Positions 9,083 to 20,044 of a stretch of 64,000 nt of DNA are shown here, in pieces (position 1 is the first letter of the stretch; the number at the start of each line of letters is the position of its first letter). The notes beneath the pieces are model-generated. The model had not been told where the DNA came from. It worked only from the letters and a program-made list of their open reading frames with translations, and searched no databases. Source of the stretch: Cenarchaeum sp. (GTDB lineage Archaea > Thermoproteota > Nitrososphaeria > Nitrososphaerales > Nitrosopumilaceae); the NCBI GenBank assembly GCA_963692915.1, contig OY843584.1, positions 352,001 through 416,000 on the forward strand. Reading direction: 5' to 3'. Position numbers and translations under genes: made by a program.

Positions 9083-9949
9083 TCAGTACCTTGGCAGAAT
9101 GCTGAGCCGAGACCTTGCGCTCACGGCCACTATGGATATTATGGCCACTGCAAGGACGAGCATGGCTACTGTGCCAAACTCTGGAACGATAAAGCTCCCG
9201 ATTATCTCTATGAGCTGACCATCACCTGCAAAGAATTCTATGACTAGTGTGCGAGTCATGGGGTCATTGGTCTCACTGACATCGACTATCACGCCGTCGA
9301 TCAGGACTGTAAAGGGAACATCATCGCCCTCGGCACCCTCTGTCCTGGAGTCAAGTATGCTTCTGGGTATGTCGATAGTCAGCATGCCATCGTCAGTCGC
9401 ATTGATCGTTATGTCAATTGATGGTGAGCCACTTGAGCCTGGGGCTATGCTGACGATCTCACCGCCAACAATATCGACAACCAGGCCGGTGAGCATGGCG
9501 TCTATGACTGGGACAGGCTCGGGTTCTGGCTCTGGCGTGGGGGCACCACCGCCATACTCTATGGTCGTCGTTGCCTTGAGTAAGCCTGTTGGTCCATAGG
9601 TCGCCTCCACCGTGTATGTTCCAGGGTTTGTCCATAGGGGACCGCCTGCCGTGAACTCTATTGTGAACTGGTTGTTCTCAACGTTAGTCTGGGCAAAAAA
9701 GACGCGATTGCCGTTGGGTGCCATGACTTGCATGGCGAGCGCGCCCTGCTGGATGCTTGAGACCGTGCCGTTTATCGTGACCCTCTCGCCAGTCGCGTAC
9801 GACTCTTTGTCAGGAGTGAGCGTTATTGGGGCAGTGGTGGCAGGTGCGGAGACCTGAGCGTACGAGGAGACAGTGCCCACGCTCGATAGCATGATTGCCG
9901 AGATGGTGATCGCCAAGATAGCTGCCGCGTTCAACGTCCACCCCCCCAA
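9083..9949 (-). CDS. PEFG-CTERM sorting-domain surface protein
   Basis: Signal peptide, PEPEPEP linker, C-terminal IVPEFG + TM + ARSR tail. Confidence 0.9.
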   Translation of the reverse strand: MGGWTLNAAAILAITISAIMLSSVGTVSSYAQVSAPATTAPITLTPDKESYATGERVTINGTVSSIQQGALAMQVMAPNGNRVFFAQTNVENNQFTIEFTAGGPLWTNPGTYTVEATYGPTGLLKATTTIEYGGGAPTPEPEPEPVPVIDAMLTGLVVDIVGGEIVSIAPGSSGSPSIDITINATDDGMLTIDIPRSILDSRTEGAEGDDVPFTVLIDGVIVDVSETNDPMTRTLVIEFFAGDGQLIEIIGSFIVPEFGTVAMLVLAVAIISIVAVSARSRLSILPRY

Positions 9950-10126
9950 AGAAGGTGCTATTTAAGTATATTTTATGAACCGCAATACCTTGTGGCCTAT
10001 GACATTATTCACCTGTGGGGGCATGTTCTCCTCTTAGTATATATTGAGCGTTGCGGGCAGTGCTCGCAAATTGTCTAGCAAGCAGCCTGCCATGCCCATT
10101 GCTGCGCATGGGGGCTGAAGAGACAG

Positions 10127-10375
10127 TTGGTAAAAAAGAATCCAGTTCTAGTTCCTGATCATGTCTATGTCCCCAGGCATGAGATAGTCTCCAAGGCCGA
10201 GGCCGAGGAGGTCATTCGCCAGTACAACTGCCGACTCACCGAGCTCCCGCTCATATTTGCAACCGATCCGGCCATAGTCGGCCTCGGTGTAAAGCCCGGC
10301 GACCTGATCAAGATCACGCGCAAGAGCAGCACGGCTGGCGAGAGCGTATACTATCGCTATGTCGTGGAGGTGTAG
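10127..10375 (+). CDS. rpoH: RNA polymerase subunit Rpo5 (H)
   Basis: HVYVPRHEI...LPLI...DPA...GDLIKITRKS.TAG...YYRYVV. Confidence 0.96.
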   Translation: MVKKNPVLVPDHVYVPRHEIVSKAEAEEVIRQYNCRLTELPLIFATDPAIVGLGVKPGDLIKITRKSSTAGESVYYRYVVEV

Positions 10376-10381
10376 GTGGGT

Positions 10382-13300
10382 ATGGCAGACCCCTCTAGCA
10401 AGCGATGGCCGATAATCCAGGACATCCTGCGGCGCGAGGGCATTGCGCGGCAGCATCTCAACTCGTTTGACGAGTTTCTCGAGCGCGGAATGCAGAGCAT
10501 CATTGACGAGGTGAGCCAGATCGAGATCGAGAACGCCGAGTATCCGTACCGGATACAGCTGGGCAAGATAAAACGCAAAAAGCCACGCATGATGGAGCTC
10601 GACGGATCGATAACGAGCATAACGCCGGCAGAGGCTCGATTGCGCAACGTTACGTATGCCGCGCCGATTCACGTCGAGGCGCACGTGATCGAGGACAACA
10701 AGGTTCTGGAGACAAAGGATATACACGTCGGTGATATACCGGTAATGATAAAGTCTAGCATGTGCGTGCTCAATGGTTACAGCGACGACAAGCTAATCGA
10801 GTATGGCGAGGACACGCGCGACCCTGGCGGATACTTTGTCATTAACGGCTCTGAGCGTGTTATCGTTGGCCTGGAGGATCTCTCCTACAACAAGATCATA
10901 GTCGACAAAGACAAGATCAGCAACAACCTTGTCTACAAGGCAAAGGTCTACTCGTCGATAATCGGATATCGCTCAAAGCTCGAGCTCTTGATGAAAAAGG
11001 ACGACCTTATCGTTGCGCGCATACCGGGCTCACCGGTTGACATTCCCGTGATTACGCTCATGCGCGCACTCGGTGTAGAATCTGACAAGGACATCGCCTC
11101 TACGGTCTCGCTAGTTGACTCGATAAGCAACGAGCTCGAAGCGTCGTTCGAAAAGTCCGGCGACGTGCTGACCTCCAAGGACGCCATCGTGTACATCAGC
11201 AAGAGGATAGCGCCTGGCATGCTCGAGGAGTTTCAGATAAAGCGCGCCGAGACGCTCCTTGACTGGAGCCTCCTACCGCACCTTGGCAAGCATCCTGAGA
11301 ACCGCAAGGAGAAGGCACGATTCCTCGGCGAGGCCGCATGCAAGCTGTTAGAGCTAAAGCTTGGCTGGATAGAGCCTGATGACAAGGATCACTATGGCAA
11401 CAAGGTCGTAAAGTTCGCCGGCCAGATGCTCGCAGACCTCTTTAGGACTGCGTTTCGCAGCCTCGTGCGTGACATGAAGTACCAGCTCGAGCGATCCGGC
11501 CAAAAGCGTGGAATCAACGCAGTCGCCGCAGCGGTGAGACCGGGCATCATATCAGACAAGCTCAACAACGCCATAGCGACGGGCAACTGGGGTCGTGGGC
11601 GCATGGGAGTCACGCAACTCCTAGACCGCACAAACTACCTCTCGACGATCAGCCACCTTCGGCGAATCCAGTCCCCGCTTAGCCGCACGCAGCCAAACTT
11701 TGAGGCGCGCGACCTCCATGCGACGCACTTTGGCCGCATATGCCCGAGCGAGACGCCAGAGGGCTCAAACTGTGGACTCGTCAAGAACCTCGCGCTCTCG
11801 GCGCTAATCTCGGTTCACGTCTCCCCAGAGGAGGTCGTCGAGCGCATCTTTAGCATGGGCGTGACGGTGTTTGATGACACGAAGGATGACGTAAAGCGAA
11901 GCGGCACGCGCATATTTGTTGACGGCAAGCTGATTGGATACCACAAGGACGGCCAGAACCTCGCTGACACGATGCGTGAGCTGCGCCGCTCGGGCAAGCT
12001 CCACGCGCACATTGGAATATCAATCCAAAAGCCGGCCGCCGAGGGCGCAACGTCGCGTCTCTATGTCAACTGCAACGCCGGCCGAGTCATGCGCCCGCTC
12101 GTCGTTATCAAGGATGGCCGCTCGCTACTCACACCAGAGATGCTCGAAAAGGTGGAAAAGCGCGTCATTCCGTGGACAGACCTTCTGCGTGACGGCATTA
12201 TAGAGCTCATCGATGCAAACGAGGAGGAGAACTATTACATTACGCTAAACGACAAGGACACCAAAAAGTACACGCACCTCGAGATATTCACCTCGGCGAT
12301 ACTGGGTGTTGGCGCCTCGATAATACCGTATCCCGAGCACAACCAGTCGCCAAGGAACACGTACGAGTCAGCCATGGCCAAGCAGAGCCTCGGATTCTCA
12401 ACGCCGGTCATGAACACGAGCACGTACGTGCGGCAGCACTTTATGCTCTACCCGCAGGTTCCAATAGTCACGACAAAGGCGATGAACCTACTGAGCCTCG
12501 AGGAGAGGCCGGCCGGCCAGAACTGCGTCGTGGCGGTTCTCCCCTTTGACGGGTACAACATCGAGGACGCCATAGTCCTCAGCAAGTCGTCTGTCGAGCG
12601 CGGCCTGGCACGCACGTTCTTTTACCGCATATATGACGCCGAGGCAAAGCAGTATCCTGGCGGCATGCGCGATTCCTTTGAGATACCTAGGGCCGATGAG
12701 AACGTGCGCGGCTACAAGGGGGACAGGGCGTACCGCCTCCTCGAGGCCGACGGCGTAGTGGCCTCAGAGGCCAACGTGACCGGAGGCGATGTTCTCATAG
12801 GCAAGACGAGCCCGCCGAGGTTCATGGAGGAGTACCGTGAGTTCGAGTCTAGCGGCCCTTACAGGCGCGACACGTCAGTCGGCGTGAGGCCGTCTGAGGG
12901 TGGCATGGTCGACACAGTGGTCATGACGCAGTCTGATGAAGGCGGGCGGATGTACAAGATTCGCGTGCGCGACATGCGCGTGCCGGAGATCGGCGACAAG
13001 TTCGCCTCGCGTCACGGCCAAAAGGGCGTTCTTGGCATACTGGCAAAGTGCGAGGATCTCCCATACACAAAGGACGGCGTCTCGCCAGATGTCCTCATTA
13101 ACCCACATGCGTTCCCATCACGAATGACTGTTGGCATGTTCATGGAGTCGATCACGGGCAAGGCTGCTGCGCTGCGCGGCTCAAAGTTTGACGGCTCGGC
13201 GTTTGTGGGCGAAAAGATGGACGAGGTAAAGCAGGCAATGGAGACGCAGGGCTTCAAGTATTCGGGCAAGGAGGTCATGTATGACGGGCGCACTGGCAGA

Positions 13301-13729
13301 CCGTTTGACGTTGAGGTCTTTATCGGCGTCGTCTATTACCAAAAGCTCCACCACATGGTCGCAGACAAGATACACGCGCGTGCACGCGGGCAGGTTCAGA
13401 TGCTCACAAAGCAGCCTACTGAAGGGCGCGCACGCGGCGGCGGCTTGCGCTTTGGAGAGATGGAGCGCGACTGCCTCATCGCGTACGGGGCCTCTATGAT
13501 ACTAAAGGACAGGCTCCTCGACGAGTCTGACAAGTCCTCTGTCTATGTCTGCGAGCGTTGTGGGCTAGTCGCATACCATGACGTAAAGATGCGCCGCTAT
13601 GTCTGCAGGGTCTGTGGTGACAAGGCAAAGGTGTCATCCGTGTCCGTCGCTTATGCGTTCAAGCTGCTACTGCAGGAGATGCAGAGCCTCAACGTCGCGC
13701 CGAGGCTGCTCATCAGGGAGAGGGTCTGA
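10382..13729 (+). CDS. rpoB: RNA polymerase subunit Rpo2 (B)
   Basis: GDKFASRHGQKG, QPTEGRARGGGLRFGEMERD. Confidence 0.98.
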   Translation: MADPSSKRWPIIQDILRREGIARQHLNSFDEFLERGMQSIIDEVSQIEIENAEYPYRIQLGKIKRKKPRMMELDGSITSITPAEARLRNVTYAAPIHVEAHVIEDNKVLETKDIHVGDIPVMIKSSMCVLNGYSDDKLIEYGEDTRDPGGYFVINGSERVIVGLEDLSYNKIIVDKDKISNNLVYKAKVYSSIIGYRSKLELLMKKDDLIVARIPGSPVDIPVITLMRALGVESDKDIASTVSLVDSISNELEASFEKSGDVLTSKDAIVYISKRIAPGMLEEFQIKRAETLLDWSLLPHLGKHPENRKEKARFLGEAACKLLELKLGWIEPDDKDHYGNKVVKFAGQMLADLFRTAFRSLVRDMKYQLERSGQKRGINAVAAAVRPGIISDKLNNAIATGNWGRGRMGVTQLLDRTNYLSTISHLRRIQSPLSRTQPNFEARDLHATHFGRICPSETPEGSNCGLVKNLALSALISVHVSPEEVVERIFSMGVTVFDDTKDDVKRSGTRIFVDGKLIGYHKDGQNLADTMRELRRSGKLHAHIGISIQKPAAEGATSRLYVNCNAGRVMRPLVVIKDGRSLLTPEMLEKVEKRVIPWTDLLRDGIIELIDANEEENYYITLNDKDTKKYTHLEIFTSAILGVGASIIPYPEHNQSPRNTYESAMAKQSLGFSTPVMNTSTYVRQHFMLYPQVPIVTTKAMNLLSLEERPAGQNCVVAVLPFDGYNIEDAIVLSKSSVERGLARTFFYRIYDAEAKQYPGGMRDSFEIPRADENVRGYKGDRAYRLLEADGVVASEANVTGGDVLIGKTSPPRFMEEYREFESSGPYRRDTSVGVRPSEGGMVDTVVMTQSDEGGRMYKIRVRDMRVPEIGDKFASRHGQKGVLGILAKCEDLPYTKDGVSPDVLINPHAFPSRMTVGMFMESITGKAAALRGSKFDGSAFVGEKMDEVKQAMETQGFKYSGKEVMYDGRTGRPFDVEVFIGVVYYQKLHHMVADKIHARARGQVQMLTKQPTEGRARGGGLRFGEMERDCLIAYGASMILKDRLLDESDKSSVYVCERCGLVAYHDVKMRRYVCRVCGDKAKVSSVSVAYAFKLLLQEMQSLNVAPRLLIRERV

Positions 13730-13730
13730 C

Positions 13731-16700
13731 ATGTCGTTCCAGTCAACAAAGTCAATAGATGGCATACGCTTCTCGGTCTGGTCGCCAACGGAGATACGCA
13801 AGTACTCTGTAGCCGAGATAACGGCGCCTGAGACGTACGACGAGGACGGCATGGCAGTCCAGGGAGGCCTCATGGACGGCCGGCTCGGGACGCTCGAGCC
13901 GGGTCAAAAGTGCCTCACGTGCGGCAACACGAGCGCGCGCTGCCCTGGCCACTTTGGGCACATAGAGCTCGCCGAGCCCGTGTTTCACATCGCGTTTATC
14001 GACAACATCTACAAGCTCCTCCTCATGACGTGCCGCTCATGCTCGCGCCTAAAGATACCGCAGGATCACCTCGACGAGTATGCGCGCGTAAAGGCGCGTG
14101 AGGCCGCATACACGATCGTCTCACAAAAGCACATTCCAGAGAGCATACTTGAAAAGTCCCGCAAGGCAAAAGAGTGCCCGCACTGCGGAAAGTCACAATA
14201 CGAGCTTATATTTACAAAGCCGACCAACTTTATCGAAAAGACCGAGGCCGGCGAGAACAGGCTCCTTCCGATGACCATACGCGCGCGCTTTTTCCAGATA
14301 CCGGACTCTGACCTCAACCTCCTCGGCTATGACCCCGGCACGGCCCGGCCCGAGTGGTTTGTCCTCCAGGCTCTGCCAGTTGCCCCGGTAACGGTGCGCC
14401 CCTCGATAATCCTCGAGACGGGTATACGCTCCGAGGATGACCTCACGCACAAGATGGTCGATATCATACGCGTAAACCAGCGCCTAAAGGAGAGCAAGGA
14501 GGCTGGCACACCACCGCTCATCGTGCAGGATCTCGTGGATCTCCTCCAGTACCACGCAACGACATACTTTGACAACGAGGTCTCCGGCATCCCGCAGGCA
14601 CACCACCGCTCGGGTCGGCCGCTAAAGACACTCACACAGAGGCTAAAGGGCAAGGAGGGCCGCTTTAGGGGCTCGCTGTCCGGCAAACGCGTGGACTTTT
14701 CGAGCCGCACGGTCATATCGCCTGACCCAAACCTTGACCTCTCCGAGGTCGGCGTCCCGACATACATCGCGACAAAGCTGACCATACCGGAGATAGTCAC
14801 CGATTGGAACATTGCGCGAATCAGGCAACTCGTCAACAATGGCCCGGACAACTATCCGGGCGTCAACTATATTGTGCGCCCCGACGGTGTAAAGATACGC
14901 CTCGACTTTGTCGAGGATCGAGCCTCGATCGCCGAGTCGATCGAGGTCGGCTACCGTATAGAGCGCCATCTCCTTGACGGCGACATTGTCATGTTCAACC
15001 GACAGCCCTCACTGCACCAGATGTCCATAATGGCTCACTATGTCAAGGTTCTCCCCGGCAAGACATTCCGCCTCCACCCGTCAGTCTGCCCGCCATACAA
15101 CGCCGACTTTGACGGTGACGAGATGAACCTCCACGTGCCACAGAGCGAGGAGGCGCGCGCCGAGGCGATGCTCCTGATGAGGGTTCAGGATCAGATAATA
15201 TCGCCTAGGTACGGCGGCCCTATAATTGGTGCGCTGCGTGACTTTGTGACCGGCGCATACCTGCTCACGCGTGATGAGACGCACCTGTCGGCCGTAGACT
15301 TTGCCAACTATGCAATGCTCGGCGGATACGCCGGCGAGCTCCCCAAGCCGGCAACAAAGGGTTCGGGCGGAGAGGCACTCTACACGGGCAAGCAGCTCTT
15401 TTCGCTCTTTCTTCCGGCCGACTTTAACTATGTCATGACGTCAAAGTGGGCACGCGGAACTTCTGGCTCGAAACAGGACATTGTCATAAAGAACGGCGAG
15501 CTCATCAGCGGCGTAATCGACAAGGCGTCGATCGGCGCTGAGGAGCCCGAGAGCGTCCTCCACAGGATCGCCAAGGACTACAGCAATGTGCAGGCAAAGA
15601 CATTCCTCAACTCGATACTCATAATTGCAAAACAGTTCATAACGCACTATGGGTTCAGCTATGGATACTCTGACCTCGAGATGCCCGAAAAGATGCGTGC
15701 AAAAATACTCGACAACATCAATGAGAGCTATGACAGGGTCTCGGAGCTCATAACGCAGAAAAAGCGCGGCACTCTCACCGCAACGCGCGGCCTCTCTGAG
15801 GATGCCTCCCTTGAGGTCTATATCGTCAACGAGCTCTCAAAGGCGCGCGACAAGGCCGGCGGCATCGCAGACCAGGCATTTGACGAGTCCAACTCGGGAC
15901 GCATCATGGCGACAACTGGCGCGCGCGGCTCCTCGCTCAACATCGGCCAGATGGCCGGTGCGCTGGGTCAGCAGTCTCGCCGTGGCCAGCGCCTCCTCAA
16001 GGGGTACGGCGACCGCGCACTCTCGCACTATCGGCCATATGATGACAACCCAGACTCGCACGGGTTTGTGAAGTCAAACTATCGTGACGGCCTGTCGGCA
16101 CTCGAGTTCTTTTTCCACGCGATGGCCGGACGCGAGGGCCTCGTCGACACGGCCGTGCGCACGCAGCAGAGCGGCTACATGCAGCGTCGTCTCATTAACG
16201 CCCTTGAGCACATACGCCTAGAGTATGACGGAACCGTGAGGGATCCGCACGGTCACATCATACAGTTCCTCTACGGCGAGGACGGCATCGATGTCGCAAA
16301 GAGCGACCACGGCGAGGCGTTCAACATCGCGAGGCTCATCGAGTCTGAGAGGATAGTCGACAGCGGCAAAAAGGCCATGCCGACCGAGGTCGCCGCCGTG
16401 ACCAAAAAGTACACGCGGACGTTCAACACAAAGCTAAAGTCCGAGGTCTCCGAGTCGATGGCCGACTCGGGCATAAGCCTCAGTGGCGTCGAGAAGGTCT
16501 GCCGCAAGGGTCTTGAGCTCTACAACAGGGCAAAGGTCGAACCCGGACAGGCAGTCGGCATCGTCACCGCGCAGTCACTTGGCGAGCCGGGCACGCAGAT
16601 GACGCTGCGCACGTTCCACTTTGCCGGAATCAGGGAGCGCAACGTCACGCTTGGCCTGCCGCGCCTCATAGAGCTCGTCGATGCGCGAAAAAAGCCGACG

Positions 16701-17522
16701 ACGCCGACAATGGACATTTACCTCGTAGACTCGATAAAAGCAGACAAGGATCAGGCTATCGCAGTCGCAAAGAACGTCCTGCAGACGAGGGTAAAGTCGC
16801 TCGTGACGTCACAGACGGACTATACCACGCAGATAACGCTGCGCCTTGACGAGGACATGATGCGCGAGCGTGACGTGACTGCAACTGACATAGAGATTGC
16901 GCTCTCGTCGAACAAAAAGTTCAAGATTGAGGCGAGCTCCTCGACAATGGTTCTAAAGTTCGTCGAAAAGACCGACACGCAGGGCGCGCTTGCCATACTG
17001 GACAAGGTTCGCAACGCGACGGTAAAGGGAGTTCCTGACGTCGAGCGCGTTACGCTGATCCAGAGCGACGGCGAGTGGGTCATCCAGACGACGGGCTCAA
17101 ACCTCGCCGGCGTCCTCAAGGTCGAGGGGATAAACCGCCGCAAGATTCGCACAAACAACGTCATGGAGATCGCCGAGACGCTAGGAATAGAGGCCGCGCG
17201 CAATGCGCTAATCAGCGAGCTCAACTCGACGCTCGAAGACCAGGGTCTCGAAGTAGATGACCGCTACATCATGCTAGTCGCCGACCTGATGTGCTCGCGC
17301 GGGTATATGCAGCAGATAGGGCGCCACGGTGTCGCCGGCACAAAGGACAGCGTCCTTGCGCGCGCGGCCTTTGAAATTACTGTCCCGACGATTGCGCGCG
17401 CGGCCCTCGGTGGCGAGGTTGAGCGCCTGCGCGGCGTGACTGAGAACGTCATCGTCGGCAGCAACATCCCAATTGGAAGCGGAACCGTAGACCTGTACAT
17501 GCAGGTCTCAAAGAGGCGATAG
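13731..17522 (+). CDS. rpoA1: RNA polymerase subunit Rpo1 (unsplit A'+A'')
   Basis: NADFDGD catalytic motif; A'' motifs GEPGTQMTLRTFH and ARAAFE in the same frame; start ATG 13731. Confidence 0.98.
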   Translation: MSFQSTKSIDGIRFSVWSPTEIRKYSVAEITAPETYDEDGMAVQGGLMDGRLGTLEPGQKCLTCGNTSARCPGHFGHIELAEPVFHIAFIDNIYKLLLMTCRSCSRLKIPQDHLDEYARVKAREAAYTIVSQKHIPESILEKSRKAKECPHCGKSQYELIFTKPTNFIEKTEAGENRLLPMTIRARFFQIPDSDLNLLGYDPGTARPEWFVLQALPVAPVTVRPSIILETGIRSEDDLTHKMVDIIRVNQRLKESKEAGTPPLIVQDLVDLLQYHATTYFDNEVSGIPQAHHRSGRPLKTLTQRLKGKEGRFRGSLSGKRVDFSSRTVISPDPNLDLSEVGVPTYIATKLTIPEIVTDWNIARIRQLVNNGPDNYPGVNYIVRPDGVKIRLDFVEDRASIAESIEVGYRIERHLLDGDIVMFNRQPSLHQMSIMAHYVKVLPGKTFRLHPSVCPPYNADFDGDEMNLHVPQSEEARAEAMLLMRVQDQIISPRYGGPIIGALRDFVTGAYLLTRDETHLSAVDFANYAMLGGYAGELPKPATKGSGGEALYTGKQLFSLFLPADFNYVMTSKWARGTSGSKQDIVIKNGELISGVIDKASIGAEEPESVLHRIAKDYSNVQAKTFLNSILIIAKQFITHYGFSYGYSDLEMPEKMRAKILDNINESYDRVSELITQKKRGTLTATRGLSEDASLEVYIVNELSKARDKAGGIADQAFDESNSGRIMATTGARGSSLNIGQMAGALGQQSRRGQRLLKGYGDRALSHYRPYDDNPDSHGFVKSNYRDGLSALEFFFHAMAGREGLVDTAVRTQQSGYMQRRLINALEHIRLEYDGTVRDPHGHIIQFLYGEDGIDVAKSDHGEAFNIARLIESERIVDSGKKAMPTEVAAVTKKYTRTFNTKLKSEVSESMADSGISLSGVEKVCRKGLELYNRAKVEPGQAVGIVTAQSLGEPGTQMTLRTFHFAGIRERNVTLGLPRLIELVDARKKPTTPTMDIYLVDSIKADKDQAIAVAKNVLQTRVKSLVTSQTDYTTQITLRLDEDMMRERDVTATDIEIALSSNKKFKIEASSSTMVLKFVEKTDTQGALAILDKVRNATVKGVPDVERVTLIQSDGEWVIQTTGSNLAGVLKVEGINRRKIRTNNVMEIAETLGIEAARNALISELNSTLEDQGLEVDDRYIMLVADLMCSRGYMQQIGRHGVAGTKDSVLARAAFEITVPTIARAALGGEVERLRGVTENVIVGSNIPIGSGTVDLYMQVSKRR

Positions 17523-17569
17523 GCTGTCATGGCGCCTGGGCTTTTCACTCTGGAGGCGAGTAACTAGCG

Positions 17570-17869
17570 ATGGCCTCTGCGCTCCAAAAGGCGCTAAAGG
17601 AGTCTCTAAAGGACAAGCAGTGCGCATTGGGCGCGCGTGCCGTCAGCACATCGATCGCAAAGAGCAAGCTCGTCATCGTCTCCTCCTCGGCTCCGTCCTC
17701 GATTAACGAGTCTGCCGAGTCCGCCGGCGTGCCAGTCGTGAGCCTCGACTCGACATCCGTCGAGCTCGGGCGCCTCTGCGGGCGCCAGCACCGCGTCTCG
17801 GCGATCTCCTTCACAAAGCTTGCCGCGGCGAGCGTCAAGGCCATCATGGGGGAGCACTCGCGGGAATGA
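17570..17869 (+). CDS. rpl30e: Ribosomal protein L30e
   Basis: L7Ae-fold motif SVELGRLCG; canonical position after rpoA. Confidence 0.85.
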   Translation: MASALQKALKESLKDKQCALGARAVSTSIAKSKLVIVSSSAPSSINESAESAGVPVVSLDSTSVELGRLCGRQHRVSAISFTKLAAASVKAIMGEHSRE

Positions 17870-18327
17870 CCGAGATAAAGATCACGCAGGACCAGCTCCG
17901 CCTCATGTCGATTTTTGAGGGCAAGACACACGTTGCGGCTCGTGACTGCGTCGAGGACGAGAAGCATGACAGGATAATCTTTGTAGTTGACGAGGGCAAG
18001 GTCGCCGCGGCCGTGGGCAAAGGGGGCTCGTCGATTCGCGCTGCGCAGCACGCCATACAGCGCAACGTCGAGATCGTCGAGTATTCCGACGAACCGGCAC
18101 GCTTTGTAGCCAACGTGCTCAACCGCAAGCTCGTCAGCAACGTAAAGATAAATAGACGTGATGACGGTACGCTTGCTGCTACAGTCATGGTGGAACCCAA
18201 CAAGAAGGCACTTGCGATAGGACGCGAAGGGCGCAATGCCGCCAAGGCGCGCCTCCTCGCGCAGCGCCACTTTGGGATAACGAGCGTCTCCATAGAGAAC
18301 GCCGAGGCGGCGATCCAGGAGGTATGA
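17866..18327 (+). CDS. nusA: Archaeal NusA
   Basis: Two KH domains (AVGKGG, AIGREG). Confidence 0.93.
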   Translation: MTEIKITQDQLRLMSIFEGKTHVAARDCVEDEKHDRIIFVVDEGKVAAAVGKGGSSIRAAQHAIQRNVEIVEYSDEPARFVANVLNRKLVSNVKINRRDDGTLAATVMVEPNKKALAIGREGRNAAKARLLAQRHFGITSVSIENAEAAIQEV

Positions 18328-18334
18328 CGGGATA

Positions 18335-18772
18335 ATGGCAAAGTCTCCACTGGGCCTGTTCGCCGGCCGTGCAATCCGCACAAAGCGCAAGCGCCAGAGG
18401 TGGTCAATATCGACGTACAAGAGGAGGCGCCTGGGTCTTGACCGCAAGGCAAACCCGATGGGTGGCGCGCCACAGGCTCGCGGGATTGTGCTCGAAAAGG
18501 TTGGCGTCGAGGCAAAGCAGCCCAACTCGGCGGTTCGCAAGTGCGTGCGCGTGCAGCTCATAAAGAACGGCAAGTCAGTGACGGCGTTCCTTCCGCGTGA
18601 CGGCGCGATGAACTTTATCGAAGAGCACGATGAGGTTCACATACAGGGCATGGGCGCAACTCAGGGAGGTGCCATGGGCGACATTCCCGGCGTGCGATTC
18701 AAGGTCTTCAAGGTAAACGACACGTCGCTCCACGAACTCGTCATCGGCAAAAAGGAGAAGCCACGGCGATGA
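18335..18772 (+). CDS. rps12: Ribosomal protein S12 (uS12)
   Basis: [25 protein letters not shown]. Confidence 0.98.
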   Translation: MAKSPLGLFAGRAIRTKRKRQRWSISTYKRRRLGLDRKANPMGGAPQARGIVLEKVGVEAKQPNSAVRKCVRVQLIKNGKSVTAFLPRDGAMNFIEEHDEVHIQGMGATQGGAMGDIPGVRFKVFKVNDTSLHELVIGKKEKPRR

Positions 18773-19374
18773 CGGCCAAGGATGCGCCTGACTTTAGGCT
18801 CTTTGGCATATGGGATACGTCAGGCGTCGAGATCTCTGACAAGAGCCTCGGTCGCGCAATATCTCTGCGCAGCGTCGTCATGCCCGTCACGTATGGCCGC
18901 TCTGCGCTAAAGCGTTTCAACAAGGAGGATGCGCACATCGTTGAGCGTCTCGCAAACAAAATGATGCACTTTGGCAAGAAATACGCAAAGAACACTGGCC
19001 GCATGGCAGGCAAAAAGATGCGCATATTCAACACGATAAAGGCCGCATTTGCGATAATCGAGCTAAAGACGGGGCGCAACCCCGTTGAGGTTCTCGTGCG
19101 CGCAGTCGAGCATTCGGCGCCCAACGAGGACACAACGAGGATCGTCTACGGCGGGACAGTCTACCACGTCTCCGTTGACGTCTCGCCACTGCGCCGCGTG
19201 GATCTTGCGCTAAAGTTCATCGCCGACGGCGTGCGTGAGAGCTCGTTCTCCAACCCGCGGTCCATCGAGGAGTACCTTGCTGACCACCTCGTGCAGGCAG
19301 CTGACAACTCGCCAGACGCGCCATCAGTCAAGCGCAAGCACGAGCTAGAGCGCATAGCGCAGGCCTCGCGATAG
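18769..19374 (+). CDS. rps7: Ribosomal protein S7 (uS7)
   Basis: [29 protein letters not shown]. Confidence 0.97.
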   Translation: MTAKDAPDFRLFGIWDTSGVEISDKSLGRAISLRSVVMPVTYGRSALKRFNKEDAHIVERLANKMMHFGKKYAKNTGRMAGKKMRIFNTIKAAFAIIELKTGRNPVEVLVRAVEHSAPNEDTTRIVYGGTVYHVSVDVSPLRRVDLALKFIADGVRESSFSNPRSIEEYLADHLVQAADNSPDAPSVKRKHELERIAQASR

Positions 19375-19463
19375 TCTTACGCTTGCGGCCGGCGCGCTGG
19401 CGTGGAGCGCATTTCTGTCATTGCACCTGTGCTGTCCGCCGCACGTCCTGATGATAGTTGGGG

Positions 19464-19573
19464 TAGCCCGAGGCAGATTCGAACTGCCGTCCCCGCGTTT
19501 CTTCTCTTGAGATCCAGAGCGCGAGATCCGTGACCCAGGCGTGATGCCTGATTGGCCGCTAGACTATCGGGCT
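19464..19573 (-). tRNA. tRNA-Gln(CTG) with two introns (21/22 D-loop at 19530-19551; 37/38 at 19499-19513)
   Basis: Hand folding: acceptor AGCCCGA/TCGGGCT, T-arm GGCAG-TTCGAAT-CTGCC, anticodon CTG; removing 22+15 nt leaves a 73-nt cloverleaf. Confidence 0.88.
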
Positions 19574-19631
19574 ATGCGCGCAATGCCTAGGGTGGCGCGT
19601 TATAACGATTTGCCGGCTTGTGGGCGCGCCC

Positions 19632-20018
19632 TCACCCTCTTCTGAGTCGGAGCGACGCCGAGTTTATGCAGTAGCGCAGGCCTGTGGGCGCCGGTCCGTC
19701 ATCAAAGACGTGCCCGAGGTGTGCGCCACACCGCGAGCATGAGACCTCTGTGCGCAGCATGCCATGGCTCGTGTCCTCTCCGGAGGAGACGTGATCCTCG
19801 TCGGCAGGTCTGAAAAAGCTTGGCCATCCGGTGCCCGAGTCAAACTTTGTGCCTGACTCAAAGAGATCCTGGTCGCAACACGCGCACAGGTACGTGCCGG
19901 CGTCTTTGCAGTCATGGTACTCACCGGAGAACGGAGGCTCAGTCTGGCCGCCAAAGCAGACGGCATGGCGCTCAGCATCTAGGCTGCGTCTCTTTGCCTC
20001 AATCTCCGCTGAGTCCAT
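19632..20018 (-). CDS. msrB: Peptide-methionine (R)-S-oxide reductase
   Basis: [34 protein letters not shown]. Confidence 0.96.
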   Translation of the reverse strand: MDSAEIEAKRRSLDAERHAVCFGGQTEPPFSGEYHDCKDAGTYLCACCDQDLFESGTKFDSGTGWPSFFRPADEDHVSSGEDTSHGMLRTEVSCSRCGAHLGHVFDDGPAPTGLRYCINSASLRLRRG

Positions 20019-20044
20019 GCGACTCCGCGCATGTGTGCGCATAT

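Noticed and set aside
8184-9949. Tandem surface proteins with near-identical C-termini
   Set aside because: Explained by the known PEFG-CTERM sorting signal
13731-17522. Unsplit, eukaryote-like Rpo1
   Set aside because: Established feature of Nitrososphaerota; useful for taxonomy but not novel
19448-19551. Box C (TGATGA) and box D (CTGA) sRNA antisense to tRNA-Gln
   Set aside because: Boxes are about 100 nt apart and the sequence is explained by the tRNA and its intron
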